A stretch of DNA of 64,000 nucleotides. Origin: the human T2T-CHM13v2.0 reference genome, Homo sapiens. A program made the translations under genes and the position numbers. The first letter of the stretch is position 1, and every line of letters begins with the position of its first letter. Shown piece after piece: positions 53,073 through 64,000 of this stretch. Where the stretch lies: assembly GCF_009914755.1 (NCBI RefSeq), contig NC_060940.1; one strand, given 5' to 3'. The notes below the pieces were generated by a model that saw nothing but the letters and a program-made list of their open reading frames with translations, was not told the origin of the DNA and made no database searches.

Positions 53073-55035
53073 TTCAAGTTTTAGATTTGGGGTACATGTA
53101 TAGGCTTGTTACATGCATACATTGCATGTTGCTGAGGTTTGGGCTGCAGATCCCATCACCCAGGTAGTGAGCATAGTACCTGTGGTGGTTTTTCTTTTTT
53201 CTTTTTCTTTTCTTTTCTCTCTCTTTTTTTTTTTTTAGAGACAGGGTCTCACTATGTTGCCCAGGCTGGTTTTGAACACCTGAGCTCAAGCAACGTTGCC
53301 CAGGCTGGTTTTGAACTCCTGAGCTCAAGCAATCCTCCTGCCTTGGCCTCCCAAAATGCTGAGATTACAGGTGTGAACCACTGCGCCTGGCCCAATAGGT
53401 GGTTTTCCAACCCACACCTCCTGCTCCTCCATCTGGTAGTCTGCAGTATCTATCATTCCCATCTTTATGTCTATGTATACCCAGTGTTTAGCTCCCACTT
53501 ATAAGTGAGAACATGCAGTATTTGATTTTCTGTTCCTGTGCCAATTCACTTAGGATTATAGCCTCCAGCTGCATCCATGTTGCCGCAAAGGATGTGATTC
53601 ATTTTTTTTTTTATGGTGGCGTAGTATTTGATGGTGTATATGTACCACATTTTCTTTTCCAATCCACCACTGATAGACACCTAGGTTGATTCCATGTCTT
53701 TCTATTGTGAATAGTGCTGTGATGAACATACGAGCATGTATCTTTTTGATAGAACAGCTTATTTTCTTTTGGATATATGGCCAGTAATGAGATTGCTGGG
53801 CTGAATAGTAGCCCTGTTTTATATTCTTTGAGAAATCTTCAACCTGCTTTCCACAGTGGCTGGACTAATTTACATTCCCACCAGCCAACAATGTATAAGC
53901 GTTCCTTTTTCTTCATTGCCTTACCAGCATCTGTTATTGTCTTTTTAATAATAGCATTCTGACTGGTGTGAGATGGTATCTCATTGTGGTTTATGATTTG
54001 CATTTCTCTGGTGATTAGTGATAATGAACTTTCTTTTTCAAATGTTTTTTGGCTACTTGTATGTCTTCCTTTGAGAAGTGTCTGTTTATGTCCTTTACCC
54101 ACTTTTTAATGGGGTTATTTGTTTCTTGCTTGTTGATTTGTTGAAGTTCCTTATAGATTCTGGATTTCAGACCTTTGTCAGATGTGGTTTGCAAATATTT
54201 TCTCCCATTCTGAAAGTTTTCTGTTTACTCTGTTGATAGTTTCTTTTGCTCTACAGAAACTCTTTAATTAGTTCCCACTTGTTGATTTTTGTTTTTGTTG
54301 CAGTTGCTTTTGAGGGCTTAGCCGAAAGTTCTTTGCCAAGGCTGCTGTTGAGAAAGTATTTCCTAGGTTTTCTTCAATGATTTTAATAGTTCGAGGGCTC
54401 ACATTTAAATCTTTAATCCATGTGATTTAAGTCTTTAATCACATTTAAATCTTTAATACACCTTGAGTTGATTTTTGTATAAGGTGTAAGGAAGGGGTTC
54501 AGTTTCATTCTTCTGCATATGGATAGCCAGTTATCTCCACACTCTTTATTGAATAGGGAGTTCTTTCCCCATTGCTTGCTTCATAGTCTTTATTGAAGAT
54601 CAGGTGGTTATAGGTGGGTGGCTTTATTTCTGGGCTCTCTGTTCTATTCCGTTGGTCTATGTGTCTGTCTTTGTACCAGTACCATACTGTTTTGGTTACT
54701 ATAGCCTCATATTCGGATAGTGTGATGCCTCCAGCTTTGTTATTTTTGCTTAGGATTGCTTTTGCTATTTAGGCTCTTTTTTTGTTCCGTATTAATTTTA
54801 GAATAGTTTTTTCTATCTGTGAACAATGGCATTGGTAGTTTGATACAAATAGCATTGAATCTGCAAATTGCTTTGAGCAGTGTGGCCATTTTAACAATAT
54901 TGATTCTTCCAATCCATGAGCATGGAATACTTTTCCGCTTATTTGTGTCGTCTCTGATTTCTTTCAACAGTGTATTTCTCTTTGTAGAGACCTTTTACCT
55001 CCTTGGTTAGCTGTGTTCCCAGGTACTTCATTTTT
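53073..55035 (-). mobile_element. 5'-truncated older L1 (L1PA15/16-like) interrupted by an Alu monomer
   Basis: 3'UTR gatcccatcacccaggtagtgagcatagtacc and ORF2 C-terminal remnants ([15 protein letters not shown]). Confidence 0.8.
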
Positions 55036-55842
55036 CGTTTCTGCCTGTAGTTCTGTGTGTTTTTAAAATTTTTGTCGGTGGTTCTCTTTGACTTGTAATT
55101 AATGCATTGTATGGGGATGAAACCAGTTTCTCCTGATACCTGAACAGCTTGTCATAATTCTTTGCCAATAGTCAAATTCTTCACGTGGTCTCTCTAAACA
55201 CATACTGGCCATTGATGGTGTCAATGCCTGACATGTATAAGGGATGGGGTGGGGAAAAAAGTGTAGAGGAATTACGGGAAGTCAAGTGTGGATTGGATGC
55301 CACTTCTCTGTTTTCGGTGTGTGGTCAGGACCACATGAGGAAGGCTGGCTGGTCAACTCCCCCACCCCACACAAGTACACGCACATTACCATCAAGGGTG
55401 ATAGATGCTTAAAGTGGGACAGTCTGGGAGTTATGAGAGCAAATGGGAGGGGCACCCACAGAAAGGCAGTATGGAAGCCTTCCTGGTGGAAGTGGCAGCT
55501 AAGCCAAGGCCTGAGGTGGAAGCACAAGAGAAGTGAAAAGGGGTGTGGGGAAGCAAGGGGCCAGAGGAGGGAGAGAGAATGGAATGGAGGGTCAGAATAT
55601 GCGTATAGGGTGGTGGGAGGAGTGGTGGGAGAAAACAGGAAAGAAGGGTAGGTGTGGCTTATCCCAGACATGCAGGGCTTGTTCAATATCCCAAATACCA
55701 ATATTGCAGAAATGGACAAGCTGATCCTGAAGTCCATATGGAAACAGAAGGGACCCATATATTAGACTTATACCTAAATGTTTCATGACCTTTGGCACTA
55801 TTGTAAATTGTACTGGTTTTTAAATTTAAATTTCCAATTGTT

Positions 55843-57183
55843 GGAACAGAACAGAGCCCTCAGAAATAATTCCACATGTCTACAACCATCTGATCTTTGA
55901 CAAACCTGACAAAAACAAGAAATGGGGAAAGGATTCCCTATTTAATAAATGGTGCTGGGAAAACTGGCTAGCCATATGTAGAAAGCTGAAACTGGATCGC
56001 TTCCTTACACCTTATACAAAAATTAATTCAAGATGGATTAAAAGCTTATATGTTAGACCTAAAACCATAAAAACCCTAGAAGGAAACCTAGGCATTACCA
56101 TTCAGGACATAAGCATGGTCAAGGACTTCATGTCTAAAACACCAAAAGCAATGGCAACAAAAGCCAAAATTGACAAATGGGATCTAATTAAACTAAGGAG
56201 CTTCTGCACAGCAAAAGAAACTACCATCAGAGTGAACAGGCAACCTACAGAATGGGAGAAAATTTTTGCAATCTACTCATCTGACAAAGGGCTAATATCC
56301 AGAATCATCAAAGAACTCAAACAAATTTACAAGAAAAAAACAACCCCATCAACAAGTGGGTGAAGGATATTAACAGACATTTCTCAAAAGAAGACATTTA
56401 TGCAGCCAACAGACACATGAAAAAATGCTCATCATCACTGGCCATCAGAGAAATGCAAATCAAAATCACAATGAGATACCATCTCACACCAGTTAGAATG
56501 GTGATCATTAAAAAGTCAGGAAACAACACGTGCTGGAGAGGATGTGGAGAAATAGGAACACTTTTACACTGTTGGTGGGACTGTAAACTAGTTCAACCAT
56601 TGTGGAAGACAGTGTGGCGATTCCTCAAGGATCTAGAACTAGAAATACCATTTGACCCAGCCATCCCATTACTGGGTATATACCCAAATGACTATAAATC
56701 ATGCTGCTATAAAGGCACATGCACACGAATGTTTATTGCGGCTCTATTCACAATAGCAAAGACTTGGAACCAACCCAAATGTCCATCAACGATAGACTGG
56801 ATTAAGAAAATGTGGCACATATACACCATGGAATACTATGCAGCCATAAAAAAGGATGAGTTCATGTCTTTTGTAGGGACATGGATGAAGCTGGAAACCA
56901 TCATTCTCAGCAAACTATCGCAAGAACAAAAAAACCAAACACTGCATGTTCTCACTCATAGGTGGGAATTGAACAATGAGAACACTTGGACACAGGAAGG
57001 GGAACATCACACACCAGGGCCTGTTGTGGGGTGGGGGAAGGGAGGAGGGAAAGCATTAGGAGATATACCTAATGTAAATGACAAGTTAATGGATGCAGCA
57101 CACCAACATGACACATGTATACATATGTAACAAACCTGCACGTTGTGCACATGTACCCTAGAACTTAAAGTATAATAAAAAAA
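55843..57183 (+). mobile_element. 5'-truncated L1PA (1.3 kb), sense orientation in intron 12
   Basis: ORF2 C-terminus + 3'UTR + AATAAA/A-tail; 16-bp TSD taaatttcc(a/g)attgtt at 55827-55842 and 57184-57199. Confidence 0.93.
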
Positions 57184-57341
57184 TAAATTTCCGATTGTTT
57201 AGGGATATAGAAATACAACTGGCCGGGCCCAGTGGCTCACGCCTGTAATCCCAGCACTTTGGGAGGCCGAGGCAGGTGGATCACCTGAGGTCAGGAGTTT
57301 GAGATCAGCCTGACCAACATGGAGAAACCCTGTCGTTACTA

Positions 57342-58609
<1,268 letters not shown>

Positions 58610-59508
58610 TAATATTCCATTGTGCACATGTACCACATTTTCTTTATCCATTCATCTGTTGATGGACACTTAAGTTGATTCTATATCTCGACTATTGTGA
58701 ATAGTGCTGCGATAAACACGGGAGTGCAGTTATCTCTTCAGTATACTGATTTCCTTTCCTTTGGCAATATACCCAGCACTGGGATTGCTGGATCATGTGG
58801 TAGTTCCATTTTTAGTTTTCTTGAGGAGCCTCCATATTGTTCTCTATAGTGGCTTTACTAATTTACATTCCTACTAACAGTGCATGAGGGTTCCTCTTTC
58901 TCTGCATCTTTGCCAGCATCCATCATTGTTTGTCTTTTCGATAAAAGCCCTTTTAACTGGAATGAGATGATATCTCATTGTGGTTTTCATTTGCATTTTT
59001 CTGGTACACAAAGGAATATTATTCAGCCATAAGATGAATGAATCTTGTGATTTGCAATAACAGGATTGGAACTGGAGGACATTATGTTAAGTAAAACAAC
59101 CCGGGCACAGAAAAACAAATATTGCATGTTCTCATTCATGTGTAGGAGCTAAAAAAAAATGGATCTCATGGAGGTAGAGAGTAGCATGATGGGTTACTAG
59201 AGACTGGGAAGGGTAGTAAGGAGGATGGGGTAAAGAGGGGATGGTTAATGGGTACAAAAATACAGTTAGGAAAAATAAGACCTAGTGTTTGGTAGCACAG
59301 TAGGGTGACTATAGTTAACAATAATTTATTGTGTATTTCAAAATAACTACAGGAATGGAATTGGAATGTTCCCAGCAAAAGAAATGATAAATCCTTGAGG
59401 CAACGGATATCCCAGTTACCCTGATTTGATCATCACACATTGTATGCTTGTATAAAAATATCACATGTTCCCTATAAATATGTGCAATTATTACATATTC
59501 ATAAAAAG
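58610..59508 (+). mobile_element. L1MA-type insertion with 5' inversion (twin priming)
   Basis: - strand L1 58610-59003 joined to + strand 3' end 59004-59508; TSD gtaaaaatcct(g/a)ga. Confidence 0.8.
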
Positions 59509-59684
59509 GTAAAAATCCTAGAAGTATATTTTGCAGAATTTAGCCAATTCTAAAATTTATATAAAAAATAAAAAAGTAGAGTATCCAAAAGAATTTTGAA
59601 AAGAATCTTGATACATACCATTAAGTAGCTGTCACTTTTTATTTATTTATTTAATTTAAAAAAATTAGATTGATATTTTATAAT

Positions 59685-62125
59685 TTTTCAACTTTTACTT
59701 TAGGTTTGAGGGTACACATGAAAGTTTGTTATATAAGTAAACTCATGTCATGGGAGTTTGTTGTACAGAGTATTTTGTCACCCAGGTATTAAGCCTAGTA
59801 TCCAATGGTTATTTTTTCTGCTCCTGCCTCCTCCCAACCTCCACCCTCAAGTAGACCCCAGTGTCTGTTGTTTCCTTCTTTGTGTTCATAAGTTCTTTAT
59901 AGTTTAGCTCCCACTAATAAGTGAGAACATGCAGTATTTGTTTTTCTGTTCTTGTGTTAGTTTGCTAAGGATAACGGCCTTCAGCTCCATCCATGTTCCC
60001 ACAAAAGACATGATCTTGCTATTTTTATGGCTGCATAGTATTCCACGGTGTATATGTACCACATTTTAAAAAATCCTATTTGTTATTGGTGGGCATTTAG
60101 GTTGATTCCATGTTTTGCTATTGTGACTAGTACTGCAATAAATATTCATGTGCATGTGTCTTTATGGTAGGATGATATATATTACTCTGGGTATATCCCC
60201 AGTAATGGGGTTGCTGGGTTGAATGGTAGTTCTGCTTTTAGCTCTTTGAGGAGTTGCCATACTGCTTTCCCCAAGTGGTTAAACTAATTTACCACTCCCA
60301 CCAACAGTATAAGTGTTCCCTTTTCTTCACAACCTCACCAGCATCTATTTTTTAACTTTTACTAATAGCCATTCTAACTGGTGTGAGATGGTATCTCATT
60401 GTGGTTTTGATTTACATTTCTCTAATGATAATGATTTTGAGCTTTTTTTGTATGCTTGTTGGCTGCATGCATGTCTTCTTTCGAAAAGTGTCTGTTCATT
60501 TCCTTTTCCCACCTTTTAATGGCGTTGTTTTTCTCTTGTAAATTTGTTTAAGTACCCTGTAGATGTTGGATATTACACCTTTGTTGGATGCATAGTTTGT
60601 GAATATTTTCTCTCATTCTTTAGGTTGTCTGTTCACTCTGTTGATAGTTTCTTTTGCTCTTGCATTTAATTAGATGCCATTTGTCAATTTTTGCTTTTGT
60701 TGAGATTGCTTTTTGTGTCTTTGTCAGGAAATCTTTGCTTATTCCTGTGTCTAGAATGGTATTGCCTAGGTTGTCTTCCAGGGTTCTTATAGTTTTGGGT
60801 TTTACATTTAAGTCTTTAGTCTATCTTGAGTTGATTTTTGTATATGGTGTAAGGAAGGGGTCCAGTTTCAATCTTCTGCATATGGCTAGCCAGTTATCCT
60901 AGCACCATTTGTTGAATAGGAATTCTTTTCCCCATTGCTTATTTTTGTCTTAGATCAGATGGTCATAGGTGTATGGCCTTATTTCTGGGCTCTCTATTCT
61001 GTTCCATTGGTCTATGTGCCTGTTTTTGTACCAGTATCATGCTGTTTTGGTTACTGTAGCCCTGTAGTATAGTTTGAAGTCAGGTAATGTGATGCCTCCT
61101 TCTGTGTTCTTTTTGCTTAGGATTGACTTGGTTATTCAGGTTCTTTTTTGATTCCATATGAATTTTAAAATAGTTTTTCCTAGTTCTGTGAAGAATGTCA
61201 TTGGTAGCTTAATAGTAATAGCACTGAATCTATAAATTGCTTTGGGAAGTGTGTCCATTTTAATGATATTGATTCTTCCTATCCATGAGCATGAGATGTT
61301 TTACCATTTTTTTGGTGTCATCTCTGATTTCTTTGAACAGTGTTTTACAATTCTCACTGTACAGATCTTTCAACTCTCTGGTTAGCTGTATTCCTAGTTA
61401 TTTTATTCTTTTTGTGGCAATCGTGAATAGGATTGCCTTCCTGATTTGGCTCCCAGCTCTTGTTGGTGTATAGGAGTGCTAGTGATTTTTGTACATTGAT
61501 TTCGTATCCTGAAACTTTGTTGAAGTTATTTATCAGCTGAAGGAGCTCCTAGGCCAAGACTATGGGGTTTTCTAAATATAGAATCATGTTGTCTGCAAAC
61601 AGGGATAGTTTGACTTTTTTACTTCCTTTCTTCCTATTTGTATGCCCTTTTTTCTTTCTTTTGCCTGATTGCTCTGGCTAGAACTTCCAATAATATGTTG
61701 AATAGGACTAGTGAGCAAAGGCATCCTTGTTTTGTGCTGGCTTTCAAGGGGAATGCTTTTGCCCATCAAGTATGATGTTGGCTGTGGGTTTGTTGTAGAT
61801 GGCTCTTATTATTTTGAGGTATGTTCCTTCAATACCTAGTTTATTGAGAATTTTTAACATAAAGGGGTGTTGACTTTTATTAAAGCCTTCTCTTCATCTA
61901 TTGAGATAATCATGTGGTTTTTGTCTTTAGTTCTGTTTATGTGATGAATCATATTTATTGATTTGCATATGTTGAACCAACTTTGCACCCCGGGAATGAA
62001 GCCTACCTGATCATGGTGGATTAGATTTTTGATGTGCTGCTGGATTTGGTTTGCAGGTAGTGTGTTGAGGATTTTTGCATTAGTGTTCATCAAGAATATT
62101 GGCCTGAAATTTTCTTTTTTTGTTA
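59685..62125 (-). mobile_element. 5'-truncated L1 (L1PA13-like)
   Basis: 3'UTR ttttgtcacccaggtattaagcctagt...ccctcaagtagaccccagtg; RT fragments ([22 protein letters not shown]). Confidence 0.82.
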
Positions 62126-63520
62126 AGCTGACACTTTTTAGTTTGATGCCACCCCATTTGTCTGGTTTGCTTTTGTTGCCTGTGCTTTTGGGGTCATATC
62201 CAAAAAATCATTTCTCAGAAGCTTGATTGTCAAGAAGCTTTTCCCTTTGTTTTCTTCTAGTAGTTTTACAGTTTCAGGTCTTGTGTTTAAGTCTTTAATC
62301 CATTTTGAGTTGATTTTGTATATGGTTTGGGATAAAGGTCTAATTTAATCCTTTTGAATATGAATATCCAGTTCTCCCCACACCATTTGTTGAAGAGAAT
62401 GTCCTTTCTCCTTTGCATATTCTTGGCACCTTTATTGAAGATCAATTGACCATAAATGCATAGTTTTATTTCTAGCCTCCCTGTTCTGTTCCATTGGTTG
62501 ATGTGTCTGTTTTTATGCCACCACCTTGCTGTTATGCTTACTAGAGCTTTCTTGACACAGTATGTTTTGAGATCAGGAATTATGATGCCTCCAGTATTTT
62601 TTTTCTTGAGGATTGCTTTGGCTATTTAGGGTCTTCTGTGGTTCTACATAAATTTTAGTTTTTTTTCTATTTTTGTAAAAAAATGCCATTGGGATTTTGA
62701 TAAGGATTGTACTGAATCAGAAGATTGCATTAATACTCCAGTCCATGAACATAGGATATCTTTCCATTTATTTTTGTCTTGTTTAACTTCCTTAATCAAT
62801 GTTTTATAGTTTTAGTGTACATGTTTTTCACCTCTCTGGTTAAATTTAAGCTTAGGTATTTTTTTTGATGCTATTGTAAATGAGATTGTTTCTTGATTTC
62901 TTTTTCAGATAGTTCATTGTTAGTGTATAGAAGCACTATTGATTTTTCACATTGATTTTGTAACCTGTAACTTTACTGAATTTATTCATTAGTTCTAGTA
63001 GTTCTTTTTTGGTGGAGTTTTTAGGGTTTTTTAAAAATATATTTATATATATATGTTTTTATATATATATCATTTTAAGTGTAAACAGAGACAAATTTCC
63101 TTTTTTATATCTGATTTGGGTCTCTTTCATTTATTTTTCTTGCCTAATTGCTGTGACCAGGACTTCCAGTACTATGTTACATAGAAGTAGTGAGAGTGAG
63201 CATTCTTGCCTTTTTCCTCATTTTAGTGGTAAAGCTTTCAATTTTTCACCATTGAGTATGATGTTTGTTGTGGGCTTGTCGTATATGGCCTTTATCATAT
63301 TGAGGTACATTCCTTCTGTAGCGAATTTATTGAGAGTTTTTATTATAAAAGAATGTTGAATTTTGTCAAATGCTTTTTTTTGCGTATATTGAGATGATCA
63401 TGTGGTTTTAGTCCTTCATTCTGTTAATGTGATATGCCACATTAATTGATTTGCATATGTGGAATCATCCTTGCATCTCGCATCCCAGGGATAAATCACA
63501 CTTGATCATGGTTATTATCT
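62126..63520 (-). mobile_element. older L1M ORF2 fragment
   Basis: degenerate ORF2 sequence on - strand; boundaries approximate. Confidence 0.7.
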
Positions 63521-63548
63521 TTTTATCTTTTTTTTTTTTTTTTTTTAA

Positions 63549-63650
<102 letters not shown>

Positions 63651-64000
63651 TGAGTAGCTGGGACTATAGGCGCCCGCCACCATGCCCTGCTAATTTTTTT
63701 TTTTTTGTATTTTTAGTAGAGATGGGGTTTCACCATGATTTCCAGGTTGGTCTCGAACTCCTGACCTCAGGTGATCCACACGCCCTGGCCTCCCAAAATG
63801 CTGGGATTACAGGCATGAGCCACTGCATCTGGCCGGTTATATGACTTTATATGTTTGTCAAAACTCATAAAACTATGTACTAAAAGGCTGAATTTTATTG
63901 TATGTAAACTCTTCCCCAATAAATCTGACCTAAAAAACAATCAAATTCTGTTGACTTTAGGATAAAGTATTCAGTTATCAATGAGTCTTCCCTCAATGGT

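Noticed and set aside
53256-53333. Small tandem microduplications (also ~4295, ~5252, ~8197, ~21800, ~34532, ~54400)
   Set aside because: Ordinary replication-slippage events inside repeats with no evident function.
55185-55412. CGQDH resembling an integrin calf-region motif (decayed duplicated exon?)
   Set aside because: Only 5 residues match, with no flanking similarity or splice signals; consistent with chance.

Overview
Human (hominoid) genomic DNA. It covers about 27 kb of repeat-dense upstream sequence followed by the 5' part of ITGAM (integrin alpha-M / CD11b) on the + strand. Coding exons 1-12 were traced by hand with canonical GT-AG junctions. They give a continuous 1356-nt frame (452 codons: signal peptide, N-terminal beta-propeller repeats, the complete I-domain with its DGSGS MIDAS motif, and further propeller repeats). 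The window ends inside the large, L1-rich intron 12. The rest is mostly transposable elements: many Alus, a 3'-truncated SVA, a rearranged Tigger1, solo LTRs (MSTA, MER11, LTR7, LTR8, LTR2B, a MER4-group LTR, MLT1), a full-length dead L1PA and several truncated L1s. Repeat family names come from recalled consensus sequences and need RepeatMasker/Dfam confirmation. No new protein-coding system is supported. The strongest leads are: (1) an antisense L1 promoter/ORF0-derived reading frame ending at an intact splice donor in phase with ITGAM exon 13; (2) a gene-conversion tract between two inverted L1s in intron 12; (3) a PU.1/IRF motif cluster about 16 kb upstream; (4) two independent templated insertions of downstream unique DNA into upstream Alus; and (5) several fold-back palindromes at rearrangement junctions.
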